Origin: an uncultured Chloroflexia bacterium | Lineage (GTDB): Bacteria; Chloroflexota; Limnocylindria; Limnocylindrales; CSP1-4 | Length of the DNA: 64,000 nt | Assembly: GCA_963754485.1 (NCBI GenBank) | Contig: CAVWFY010000013.1 | Location: 162,183-226,182, forward strand | Reading direction: 5' to 3' | In this document: piece after piece, positions 1-8,912 of the stretch | How the letters are laid out: each line of letters starts with the position of its first letter | How positions within the stretch are numbered: position 1 is the stretch's first letter | The notes under the pieces: generated by a model | Databases searched by the model: none | What the model was told of the DNA's origin: nothing | The model's input: only the letters and a program-made list of their open reading frames with translations | Program-made: the position numbers and the translations under genes

Positions 1-1547
1 CGGTTCGCGGCGGCCTGTCCCTGCCGGACCTCCTGGAGCAGTCGCTGGACCGCGTCGTCACGGAGACTGGGGCGCTGGCCGGCATCATCAGCGTGGCGGG
101 AGCCGACGACCGCACCCTCACCATCCGCCGTCCTGCGACGCTGGCGCCGGGCCTGGCCTGGCTCGGGCCGGTCCTGGACGAGGCGATGGACCCTGCCGTG
201 GACGCACCCCGCTACACCAGCCGGTCCGGGATCGACACGGGCGTCATGGACCTCCCACTCATCCGCGGCACCCAGCGCATCGGCCACCTGCGCCTCGCCT
301 TCCACCCGCCGGTGGAGCCCGACATCAGCGAGGCGGCCCTTACCGACATCGCGGGCGAGATCGCCGGCGCCGCCCAGCTGGGCATGACGGTCGCGAACCT
401 CCACCGCCGCGAGCGGGAGCGCGAGGCCCTCCACGCCGTCGCCCTCCAGCTCACCGGTCGCGCCGAGCTCAAGGACGTCCTGGACACGATCACCCAGCAC
501 GCTCGCGACCTCCTGGGCGCCGAGCGAGCCGTCGCCTGCCTCAGCGACCCGCGAGCGACCGTGACGCGGATCGGATTCGGGGCCGGGGGCGAGCGCCTGG
601 CGATGGCCGACGACGGCTCCGTGTGCCGGGTCGCCCACGAGAAGACCGCGGCCAACCACCCGCAGAACCCCCAGTGCCCGCTGATCGCCCACGGGACGGA
701 CATCGCCTGGATCGCCAACCCGCTGCGCGGCCCGGAGGGCGTGCTCGGCGAGCTCTGCGTCGCCCGTCCCGGCCAGCCCTTCACGCGCTCCGAGAAGGAC
801 CTGCTCGGCGCCCTCGCCGACATGGCCGCCATCGCCGTCCGCCAGGCCCGACTCCACGAGGCCGAGGAGCAATGGACGATCCACGCCGAGCGCGACCGGA
901 TCGCCCGCGAGCTCCACGACAGCCTGGCCCAGGTCCTGGGCGTGATCCATCTCCAGCTGCGCTCGCTCGAGGCGCGCGCCAAGGACGAGGCCAGCCTGGG
1001 CATCGCCGACGAGCTCTCCGCCCTGGCCGAGACGGCCGACGAGGCCTACAGCGACGTCCGCGAGGCGATCCTGGGACTCCGCGAGACGGTCCGCGAGGAT
1101 GACGGCCTGGAGGGCTCGCTGCGTGAGTACCTGCGCAAGTACAGCCGCCAGACGGGCATCGCGGCGACGCTCACCTGCGAGGGGGACACCCGGCGCGCGC
1201 TCAGCCCGCGATCCGAGGTCCAGCTCCTGCGGGTGGTCCAGGAGGCCCTCACCAATGCCCGCAAGCACGCGGATGCGACCCGGATCACGGTCAGGATCGA
1301 CTGCCTCGACGGCGGCACGACCCTGACGATCGAGGACGATGGGGTAGGCTTCGACCTCACCACCGTGATCGGCTCGATGGAGGGCGGTTTCGGCCTCGCC
1401 TCCATGCGGGAGCGGGTGGAACAGGTCGGGGGCAGACTCGACGTGCATACTGCGCCGACCGAAGGGACGAGAGTCGTCGTCCGACTCGATCCAGAGGACA
1501 CCGTTGGAACACACGCCACCGAAGCTCCGGGTGCTGCTCGTCGATGA
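1..1547 (+). CDS. GAF-domain sensor histidine kinase (HisKA_3 / NarL-partner type), 5' end outside window
   Basis: The reading frame is open to the window edge: ..LLEQSLDRVVTETGALAGIISV precedes the listed GTG. GAF-like N-terminal regions. H-box IARELHDSLAQ. ATPase boxes EALTNARKHA, DDGVGF and GGFGLASMRERV. Confidence 0.9.
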   Translation, partial: VRGGLSLPDLLEQSLDRVVTETGALAGIISVAGADDRTLTIRRPATLAPGLAWLGPVLDEAMDPAVDAPRYTSRSGIDTGVMDLPLIRGTQRIGHLRLAFHPPVEPDISEAALTDIAGEIAGAAQLGMTVANLHRREREREALHAVALQLTGRAELKDVLDTITQHARDLLGAERAVACLSDPRATVTRIGFGAGGERLAMADDGSVCRVAHEKTAANHPQNPQCPLIAHGTDIAWIANPLRGPEGVLGELCVARPGQPFTRSEKDLLGALADMAAIAVRQARLHEAEEQWTIHAERDRIARELHDSLAQVLGVIHLQLRSLEARAKDEASLGIADELSALAETADEAYSDVREAILGLRETVREDDGLEGSLREYLRKYSRQTGIAATLTCEGDTRRALSPRSEVQLLRVVQEALTNARKHADATRITVRIDCLDGGTTLTIEDDGVGFDLTTVIGSMEGGFGLASMRERVEQVGGRLDVHTAPTEGTRVVVRLDPEDTVGTHATEAPGAARR

Positions 1548-2202
1548 CCAGCCCCTGTTCCGCAGGGCACTCGCGACGCTGATCGGCGCCCAGTTCGACA
1601 TGACCGTCGTGGGCGAGGCCGAGAACGGCCGCGATGCGCTCGAGAAGGTCCGCAACCTGCGGCCCGACCTCGTGGTCATGGACGTCAACATGCCCGTGGC
1701 CTCCGGGCCTGACGGCGTCTACGCCATCCGGTCCGCCGGCTTCACGATCCCCATCGTGATGCTCACCGTCTCCGAGGACGACGACGACCTGTTCGAGTCC
1801 ATCAAGGCCGGCGCCAACGGCTACCTGCTCAAGAACGTCAAGCCCGAGCAGCTGTTCGACGACCTACGCGGCGTCATGCGCGGCGAGGCGCCCATCGCTC
1901 CCGCCGTCGCGTCCAAGCTCCTCGACGCTCTGCGCACCGGCGGCATCCCGGCGCGAGGTGGTTCCGGCGTTCCGGCGCCCGAGGACACCGTGCTGACCCG
2001 CCGCGAGAGCGAGGTCCTCCAGCTCGTGGCCAGCGGGATGTCCAACAAGGAGATCGCCAACGAGCTGACGATCACCGAGGGCACGGTCAAGAACCACGTC
2101 CACAACGCCCTCGAGAAGCTCCACCTGACGAACCGGGTGCAGGCCGCCGCGTACGCGGTGCGGCAGGGCTACGCGAACCAGGAGCCGCCGAACCGGGGCT
2201 GA
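1504..2202 (+). CDS. NarL/LuxR-family response regulator
   Basis: Receiver domain (LRVLLVDDQPLFRRAL, DLVVMDVNMP) plus GerE HTH (LTRRESEVLQLVASGMSNKEIANELTITEGTVKNHV). It overlaps the kinase stop. The start is uncertain (TTG 1504 or GTG 1531). Confidence 0.9.
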   Translation: MEHTPPKLRVLLVDDQPLFRRALATLIGAQFDMTVVGEAENGRDALEKVRNLRPDLVVMDVNMPVASGPDGVYAIRSAGFTIPIVMLTVSEDDDDLFESIKAGANGYLLKNVKPEQLFDDLRGVMRGEAPIAPAVASKLLDALRTGGIPARGGSGVPAPEDTVLTRRESEVLQLVASGMSNKEIANELTITEGTVKNHVHNALEKLHLTNRVQAAAYAVRQGYANQEPPNRG

Positions 2203-2235
2203 GCGGGATGCGGGGGCGGGGCCCGGCGGCGCCAC

Positions 2236-2316
2236 TCGGCGCCCCTCGCTCTCGGCCCCCTCGCACCTCTCGGCGCCCCTCGCACCTCTCGGCGCCCCCT
2301 CGCACCTCTCGGCGAT
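2236..2316. repeat. Tandem repeat, about 19-20 bp unit ctcggcgcccctcgcacct x4, abutting repeat element copy A
   Basis: Direct reading of 2236-2316. The units differ only by C-run length and one variant first unit. Confidence 0.8.
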
Positions 2317-2427
2317 CGCAATCTGGATCAATTCGGGCGATGCCACGAGGGGCTCGCGATGCGAAGGTCGGGTTTCCGGGCTTGACCCCTGCGTGCACAC
2401 CCCTCTGGTGATCCAGATCGCGATCAC
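2312..2427. repeat. 116-bp TIR-bounded (MITE-like / REP-like) element, copy A
   Basis: Left end is gcgatcgcaatctggatca. Right end is tgatccagatcgcgatcac, the reverse complement with 2 mismatches. Same length and conserved core (cgggtttc, cgtgNacacccc) as copy B at 19947-20062. Lies between convergent stops at 2202 and 2431. Confidence 0.75.
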
Positions 2428-2430
2428 GCT

Positions 2431-3243
2431 TCATGACTTGAGCAACCTCGCAGCCGCGTCCGCGTAGTCGCGGTAGACGGGTGCCGAGCGACGCGATCCC
2501 AGCGTGGTCGGCCGCAGCCACGCGGTGGCGCGCGACGCCGGGTCACACGTCCCCATGGCCCATCCCTTCGGCATCGGGCACGCGGGATCGGCGAGCCAGG
2601 CGCTCATCTCACGGATGGGGGCTGGAAAGGCGCGCCGGACGATCTCGCGGTTGTCGACGAGCCGGCGCGCCACAGTCTCGCTGTCCAGGACGACCACCAG
2701 TACGGCGACATGCCTCGACCACCATCCGAGCCGGCGCGCTACGGACATCGCCATCCGCTCGTAGAACGCCACGCTCCGCTGCAGCCCGCCCATATCAGGA
2801 ATGTCGGTCTTCGATTCCTCCACCAGCAGCGCTCGATCCGCCTCCCGGTACGCCAACAGGTCGATCCAGCCACGCGGGTTTCCGTCCCCGATCAGCACCT
2901 CCGTCGCAGTCCGCCAGCCCCACCGCTCTAGGCGGCGCGCCGCGGTCCCGTTGACCTGCGCATGAACACCATCGCGCTGGCGCCGCCGGTCATCCAGACG
3001 GAAGTCGTCGACGTCGATGCTCGCCCGAAGGGCCAGCGCTGCGAACAGCCGGCCCACCGTCACCATGTCGATGCTTCCCGAAGTGCCGGATTCGACCCGG
3101 CACACCGTTGCCTGGGCGACACCGGCCCGCCCAGCGAGCTCGCGCTGGCTCCAGCCGATGAGCATCCTTGCATCCCTGACCGTCCGGGCAACTCGACGCA
3201 CGACATCGGCGGCCTCGAGATCGATCGTCGCGGTGGTCGCCAT
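2431..3243 (-). CDS. XRE-family HTH transcriptional regulator with uncharacterised C-terminal domain
   Basis: HTH motif IGWSQRELAGRAGVAQATVCRVESG. ATG at 3243 (MATTATIDLE) was chosen. The upstream part of the 361-aa ORF is Arg/Pro-rich read-through of a G-rich repeat. Confidence 0.75.
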   Translation of the reverse strand: MATTATIDLEAADVVRRVARTVRDARMLIGWSQRELAGRAGVAQATVCRVESGTSGSIDMVTVGRLFAALALRASIDVDDFRLDDRRRQRDGVHAQVNGTAARRLERWGWRTATEVLIGDGNPRGWIDLLAYREADRALLVEESKTDIPDMGGLQRSVAFYERMAMSVARRLGWWSRHVAVLVVVLDSETVARRLVDNREIVRRAFPAPIREMSAWLADPACPMPKGWAMGTCDPASRATAWLRPTTLGSRRSAPVYRDYADAAARLLKS

Positions 3244-3293
3244 GGCTCGTGTTCTACCGCACGCCACTTGGCTGCCACTTGTCCGAGGCCGAC

Positions 3294-3362
3294 GGGGGGC
3301 GGGGCGAGGCCGGCGGGGGGCGGCGGGCCGGCGGGGGCGGGGCGAGGCCGGCGGGGGGGCGG
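3294..3362 (+). repeat. G-rich tandem repeat (about 20 bp x3.5: ggggggcggggcgaggccggc) in divergent promoter region
   Basis: Direct reading. There are many runs of 4-7 G on the + strand between the XRE gene start (3243) and the next + strand gene. Confidence 0.8.
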
Positions 3363-3578
3363 ACGCACTCTGACCAGGACGCCGCGGTTTGCTCCCACTG
3401 GCGATCACGAGTCGGGGCCGGGACCTGCGACCCCTACTTCCCCCCACTGGTACAGGGAATCGGGACCCGTGTGTGCCGGGTGACGGATTGGACACAGGCC
3501 CCGCCTCCCCTAGCATCGCCGCACGGGCCGCGTGCCGCCGTCCGCGTCGTGGGGAGCGCCAGATTGTCGCCTGACCAG

Positions 3579-3953
3579 GTGAGGGTCCTTGTCCTGTACA
3601 GCCATCCCCTGATGGGTGAGGGCCTGGGACGGATGCTCGCTGCAGAGCCGGGCGTCGTCGTGACCGCCGTGGACTTGGCCGAGACCGATGCCGTGAACCT
3701 CGCGATCGCCTGCGAACCCGAGGTCATCGTGGTCGAGGAGGGCGGCGCCGTGGACGCGGCCGACATCCTCCGCCGCTCCACCTGCGCCCTCGTCCTGGAC
3801 GTGGACATCACCACCACCAGCGCCTGGTGCCTGCGCCGGGAGACGCTCTCGACTCGTCCCGACGACTTCCTCGCCACCATCCGCGGAGCCATCGGCGGAG
3901 CGACAAAGGGCGAGACGAACCGCGGACTGCAGCCCGAGGCGATTCCCGGATAG
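3579..3953 (+). CDS. Hypothetical protein, receiver-like fold lacking the acidic pocket (pseudo-receiver?)
   Basis: MRVLVLYSHPLMGEGLGRMLAAEPGVVVTAVDL... resembles a CheY-like N-terminus, but with YSH in place of DD. The start is uncertain (GTG 3549, TTG 3564 or GTG 3579). Confidence 0.35.
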   Translation: MRVLVLYSHPLMGEGLGRMLAAEPGVVVTAVDLAETDAVNLAIACEPEVIVVEEGGAVDAADILRRSTCALVLDVDITTTSAWCLRRETLSTRPDDFLATIRGAIGGATKGETNRGLQPEAIPG

Positions 3954-3966
3954 GCTCTGGCCACAC

Positions 3967-4491
3967 ATGGGCGACATCATCCGCCGACCCGCCGGCGACA
4001 CCCCCACCTTCGATCCGCACACCACCCCCGTGCCGCGCCGGCACGTGCTCGTGCTCATGGGCGTGGGGACCGTCGCGGTGTCGGGCGGTCTCGGCGCGCT
4101 GCTCGCCGGCTGCGCCGGACCGCCGGTGACCGTGACCCTGGACATCAACCCTGCGGATCTCGAGGTCGGGGTCCCGATGGAGGTGCAGTTCACGCTGGTC
4201 GAGGGCAGCTCGAGCACGCCTGCATCCACCTGGCTCGTCAGGAAGGCGAGCGGGGAGCTCGTGTCGTACGACCCGCGCTGCACCCACGCGAACTGCCGCT
4301 ACGACTGGTCCGACGAGGGCGACCGGTTCAAGTGCGCCTGCCACGACGGGCAGTTCGCGCTCGATGGCGCGGTCCTCGCCGGACCGCCGCCCAGGCCGCT
4401 GAACCGCTGGCCGAACCGGGTGGTTGGCGACACGATCGAGGTGGACGTGCCCAGCAACTTCGAGACCCCGAAGGAGTCCCTCCCGACCTGA
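3967..4491 (+). CDS. Rieske [2Fe-2S] domain protein with Tat/lipoprotein-like N-terminus
   Basis: PRRHVLVLMGVGTVAVSGGLGALLAGC signal. Rieske boxes CTHANC and CACHDGQF. Confidence 0.85.
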   Translation: MGDIIRRPAGDTPTFDPHTTPVPRRHVLVLMGVGTVAVSGGLGALLAGCAGPPVTVTLDINPADLEVGVPMEVQFTLVEGSSSTPASTWLVRKASGELVSYDPRCTHANCRYDWSDEGDRFKCACHDGQFALDGAVLAGPPPRPLNRWPNRVVGDTIEVDVPSNFETPKESLPT

Positions 4492-4534
4492 TCGGGACCT
4501 CAATGGCGGGGACGCAAGACGCGACCAGCGATTC

Positions 4535-4774
4535 TCAGCGGCGGGCGGCCGACCGTTCCCTGCGAGCCTTCATGATGAAAGCTCGCCACAACGCCCCAGT
4601 CTCCTGATAGTCACGGCGTTCGAGGAGCGTCAGTATCCGACGGGCGAGCTCGCCTCGCGGCTCCCGGCGCACGCTCGCAAGCACGGGCCGCCATTCCGCG
4701 AGCGTGCCGTTCTCGAGAAGATCGTCGAGAGCGGCCAGCGAATGTCGCTGGTTGGTCAGGTGTCGATGGATCAT
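4535..4774 (-). CDS. Small hypothetical protein translationally coupled to the AbiEii-like gene
   Basis: ATGA overlap: ATG at 4774-4772 and the upstream gene's TGA at 4773-4771. The 79-aa product is MIHRHLTNQRHSLAALDDLLENGTLAEWRP... I recognise no family. Confidence 0.45.
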   Translation of the reverse strand: MIHRHLTNQRHSLAALDDLLENGTLAEWRPVLASVRREPRGELARRILTLLERRDYQETGALWRAFIMKARRERSAARR

Positions 4775-5499
4775 CGTGCGGAGCCCAGGTCCGTCCAGCC
4801 CTGCCGCCGGTTGGCTGCCGCCTCGGCAAGCTCCACGCCGAGCGCCCGGCATTGACGCTCGACACTCGACCACGAGCGCCAGCGCGGGGCGATCCCCTTG
4901 TAGTCGGCCAGGCTCGGCGAGATCGCCTCGAGATCAAAGGGGCGCGGCTTTGCGAGCTGGCGCATGAGCTGCTGACGCACCGCACCCTGGTCGTCGCCCT
5001 GTGGATACAGGCGATCGAGGGACGACAGGGCACGCGCAGAGGCCTCGAGGCCCACCTTGTCCGAGATGGCCGCAACGTCGAGGAAGTCGCGGGTCGCATT
5101 GCGGTCAACGACCAGCCACGACTTGATGCGGAGGATCTCCGCGGGCGTCGGAACGCGGATCGGCCCGCCTTCGGTCTCGATCTCGTGCGTCTCGAGGGCG
5201 GCTGTCCGCTGCTGGTTGCGAACCGTGGTCAGGATGCCATCGAGGCGGCCCTTGATCACGACTGGCCGCTGGCGACGGGCCGTCTGCCACCCGGCAACGG
5301 ACTCAAGCTCGTCGAGCACTTCGTCGAAGCGGGACGCCAATCCGGGAATCACGTGGTCGGCGTCCGCAGAGCGCCGGTGACCCGCCTCGAGAGCCGCGGC
5401 CGTTCCGCCAACCAGGGTGGCATCCGGGAGGATGTGCTGAAGTCGCGCGGCGGCCCGGAGCAGGAGTTCCCACTCCGGCAGCACTTCATGTCCCGCCAT
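4771..5499 (-). CDS. Nucleotidyltransferase, AbiEii/AbiGii toxin-like
   Basis: LVGGTAAALEAGHRRSADADHV matches the GG..hR.S.D.D nucleotidyltransferase motif style of the AbiEii family. ATG 5499 has a GGAGG 8 nt upstream. The ORF is open to GTG 5535. Confidence 0.6.
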   Translation of the reverse strand: MAGHEVLPEWELLLRAAARLQHILPDATLVGGTAAALEAGHRRSADADHVIPGLASRFDEVLDELESVAGWQTARRQRPVVIKGRLDGILTTVRNQQRTAALETHEIETEGGPIRVPTPAEILRIKSWLVVDRNATRDFLDVAAISDKVGLEASARALSSLDRLYPQGDDQGAVRQQLMRQLAKPRPFDLEAISPSLADYKGIAPRWRSWSSVERQCRALGVELAEAAANRRQGWTDLGSAR

Positions 5500-5526
5500 C
5501 GAGTCCACCTCCGCACGTGTCCACGG

Positions 5527-5556
5527 CTGTCGCACATCTTAGGGTAGGTGCGACAG
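5527..5556. promoter_or_regulatory. Perfect 9-bp inverted repeat CTGTCGCAC-N12-GTGCGACAG just upstream of the AbiEii-like gene
   Basis: Read directly. It lies 28-57 nt upstream of ATG 5499 on the - strand. It could be an operator or a 5' UTR hairpin. Confidence 0.35.
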
Positions 5557-5746
5557 GGCTCCGGGCGCCCGGAGGCCGCCGAGTGACCTACCGCACTCGC
5601 AGCTCGACGGTCGCCGTTGTGCCGTCGTCGGCGGGGAGGGCGACCCGCCAGCGATCGCCCATTGGCCCAGGGGGATCGCATCCGCGATGCGACGCCCCAC
5701 CATCCCATCGAGGATTTCGTGGCGCGCCAGGTTCCGCCAAGGGACG

Positions 5747-6196
5747 CTACAGCGACCCGCGCGGCGCCGCCCAGCGCGTTCGCTGCCCCGTGATGCCGGC
5801 GATCACGTCGTAGTCCGCGTCGTAGTGGACGAGGACGATGTCGTTGCGAGCGGCGACCGCAGCGATCAGCAGGTCCGGAATCTTCACCCGCCGATGGTGG
5901 AGTGGACCCTGGGACGCGAGCGCACCGAAGATGCGTCGCGCCTCCACCCAGTCCACTGCCTCCACCGGGAACCACGGACAGGCGAGGAGCGCGGCCTCGG
6001 TGGCGCGGAAGTCCGCGGCATCCCGGGTACTGAAGAGCACTTCCATCGCCACCTGGTCGCAGACCGCGACCTGGCCGTCCTCCACAGCGGAGGCGAACGA
6101 GGCCAGCGCGGGGTGGCCGAGGCGGGCCCAGACCGAGGTGTCTGCCAGCTCCACGACGGGGGCGACCACGCGGGAATCGACCTCGAGGGCCATCAC
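5747..6196 (-). CDS. vapC: PIN-domain ribonuclease toxin VapC
   Basis: PIN-like acidic residues in ELADTSVW, AMEVLFS, IPDLLIAAVA and HYDADYD. ATGA overlap with the upstream antitoxin. Confidence 0.8.
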   Translation of the reverse strand: MMALEVDSRVVAPVVELADTSVWARLGHPALASFASAVEDGQVAVCDQVAMEVLFSTRDAADFRATEAALLACPWFPVEAVDWVEARRIFGALASQGPLHHRRVKIPDLLIAAVAARNDIVLVHYDADYDVIAGITGQRTRWAAPRGSL

Positions 6197-6405
6197 CGGG
6201 CGGCGTCGCGCGGTGCTCGGAGCTCCGGGAGCAGCGTCTCGAGCTCCGAGAAGTCGCGACGGACCAGCCAGGCGCGCCGGCGACGCGCGACGACCTCGCG
6301 AAGAGCGGCGTGCACCGTCTCCGTTGTCCGTTTCGTGCCCAGGGCCTCGGCGGCCTGCGCCAGGAGGTCGTGATCCAGGTCGAGCGTCGTGTGCACCTTG
6401 GCCAT
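6193..6405 (-). CDS. vapB: VapB-type antitoxin
   Basis: MAKVHTTLDLDHDLLAQAAEALG... is typical of small type II antitoxins. GGAG lies 6 nt upstream of ATG 6405. The stop overlaps the vapC start. Confidence 0.7.
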   Translation of the reverse strand: MAKVHTTLDLDHDLLAQAAEALGTKRTTETVHAALREVVARRRRAWLVRRDFSELETLLPELRAPRDAAR

Positions 6406-6750
6406 CGCCGTCTCCAGGTCGGTCTCCATCGCACGCGGATGCGTGGATAGTGCCTCGAGTCTACGCATGACGGTCAACCTCACTCACGCAGCCAGGGCAA
6501 GTGCGAGGCTCGCACCAACCACTCACCTGGGACTTGCGACCTCGCCCCGTCGCAACTGGCCCAAGCGGGCCCAACGGCCCGCCGAGCGTGGGCACGTCGG
6601 GCCGCAGGGTATAGACGGCCCGGTGCGCGGGCGCCACGCCCTGTATCTCAGTTCTATCCCTCGACAGATGGGAACGCGCGCTCGCGTACGCGAGGATTGA
6701 CCGAGGTCGGTCCGTCCGAATCCGCCGGCCGTGGAGTGAAGGTGCCAAGA

Positions 6751-7736
6751 ATGTCCCGGGTCACGTCCCTGACCAACATGCCCGACAAGCAGCTGAACCG
6801 CTGGATCAAGCGGATCGCGCTGCTGTCCGTCGTCGTCCTCGTCGCGTTCGTCGCGTTCTACGCCGTCGACCGCTTCCGGGCTCCTGCTCCCACGATGGCC
6901 GAGCGCGAGATCGCCGTCCTCGAGGAGGCTCTCGCAGAGAATCCGACCGACATCCCGTCGCGCGGACGCCTGGCGGATGTCTACGTCGCGGCCGCGCGGT
7001 ACGACGACGCGATCGCTCCAGTACGAGGAGATCCTCAAGACCGGCAAGGAGGACCGGGCGGCCTACATGGGCCGTGGCCGTGCGCTCGAGCTCAAGGGCG
7101 AGCTCGACGCGGCAGCCGCCGACTACAACGAGGTCGTGAAGCTGTCCACGGGCGGTGAGATGGCCAACATCGACTCCTGCGCTCGCCGCTGCGTACTACG
7201 GCCTCGGGTCCATCGCCATGAAGCAGGACAAGCCGAAGGATGCGATCGACGTGCTCCTGAAGGCGCTGGCCATCAAGCGGACCGACGCCGACACGATGGC
7301 GCTTCTCGGCTCCGCCTACGTGAAGGCCGGCACGCCTGACAAGGCGGTCGAGCCCCTTCGCCGGGCGATCGTGTTCGTCCCAGTCGGCTGGGTCGAGCCC
7401 TACCAGACGCTCGCCGCCGCCTACACCGCGAGCGGCGATCCGGAGCTTGCCGAGTGGGCCGACGCAATGGCCGCCGCACAGACAGGCGACAGTGCCGGCG
7501 CGATGACACGTCTCCAGGCGTTGACCGGAGGCGAGGCTGCGCTCGATGCCATGATCGGCCTCGGCCAGATCGCCGAGGTCGGGGGCGATCCCACGACCGC
7601 CGCCGACTGGTACCGCAAGGCCCTCGAGGTCGATGCCGAGAGCCAGGCCGCGAAGCTCGGCCTGGGACGCGTATCCGATGGCACGCAAGGCCATCCCTCG
7701 ATCGAGCCGTCCCCCAGCGCCGAAGGTAGCAACTGA
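6751..7736 (+). pseudogene. Membrane-anchored TPR-repeat protein, two +1 frame shifts (about 7017 and 7175)
   Basis: Three ORF fragments join seamlessly: ..YDDAIA/QYEEILKTGKEDRAAYMGRGRALELKG..ANID/PALAAAYYGLGSIAMKQDKPKDAI.. An N-terminal TM helix is present. TGATG overlap with the next gene. Confidence 0.7.
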
Positions 7737-8804
7737 TGACTGCGTCCCCCGCCGTCCCCGAGGCCCAGCCAAGCCCCGACGGGGCAGCGGTTCCTCCCGA
7801 GCTGGCCAGCGAGGAGCCGCCGGTTCGTCGCCGACGGAAGCTCCTCCTGCTGCTCTTCCTGCTCCTGCTCCTGGCTGCCCTGCTGGGTCTGGCGATCTGG
7901 TACCTCCTCTTCCGCCAGCCGATCGCCATGCTGCCCACCATTCCCGTCATCCCCGGCGAGGCGGTCATGCCCGGCTACGTGACCACGATCTACGGCGCCC
8001 AGCGCCCGATGGATGTGGCCGTGAACGCGGCCGGTGACCGGATCTACATCGGCGAGACCGCGGGCGACAACACGGCGCGGATGTTCGATGCCCAGGGAAA
8101 GGAGCTGGCGAAGCTGCTTCCGCCCCTGTCAACGGGATCCGACCACGTGCCGATCTACCTGGCGGTCAACCCGGTGACATCCGAGGTCTATGTCTCCGAC
8201 AGGCCGAAGTCCACGATCTACATCTACGACGCAGCCGGGACGTACCAGCGCGCATTCACGCCGCCGGCAGAGGCAGACGGGCTGGCAGCCGCTCGGCATG
8301 ACGTTCGATGCGAGCGGCAACCTCTATGTCACGGACGTCGGCACGACGCCGAACCGCGTCTGGGTGATCGATCCGGCAGGCAAGGTCCTCCGCACGATCG
8401 GGGAGAACGCGGGCTGGCCTTTCCGAACGATGTCGCGGTCGACGCGGCCGGCTACACGTACGTGACCGACAGCAACAACGGCCGCCTCCTGGTCCACGGG
8501 CCCGACGGCGTCCTGAGGGCGACGGTGAGCCGGGGCACCGGGACCGGCAAGCTGGGCCTGCCCCGCGGCGTCGCCGTCGACCAGGGCGGCAGGGTCTACG
8601 TCGTGGACACCAACGGCCAGATGGTCATGGTCTACAGCCAGTTCACAGGAAGGCGCCGATCGACTCGACTACCTGGGCTCCTTCGGGACTCCGGGTGTCG
8701 CGAATGGCACCTTCGCCTACCCCAACGGCATCGCGGTGGACGCTCGGGGGCGGCTCTATGTCGCCGACTCGGCCAACGACCGCGTGCAGTTGTGGAGCTA
8801 CTGA
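7736..8804 (+). pseudogene. Membrane-anchored NHL-repeat beta-propeller protein, three frame shifts (about 8280, 8412, 8648)
   Basis: Poly-Leu TM anchor. NHL-like blades are spread over frames: VAVNAAGDRIYIGE, LAVNPVTSEVYVSD, MTFDASGNLYVTDV, VAVDAAGYTYVTDS, VAVDQGGRVYVVDT, IAVDARGRLYVADS. The shifts sit in short G runs. Confidence 0.75.
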
Positions 8805-8912
8805 GACCGAAGCGACATAGAGGGAGGTGGGATCGGAGTCAGCAGCGCAGCCGCCATTGCGGCGGACAAGAGTCAAGCCCACGTATTGATAGAGAAAGGA
8901 GGTGAGGACAGT

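Noticed and set aside
5349-6434. 361-aa minus-strand ORF spanning the vapBC region
   Set aside because: It overlaps the well-formed vapB/vapC pair (PIN motifs, ATGA coupling). Its translation is Arg/Pro-rich with no domain.
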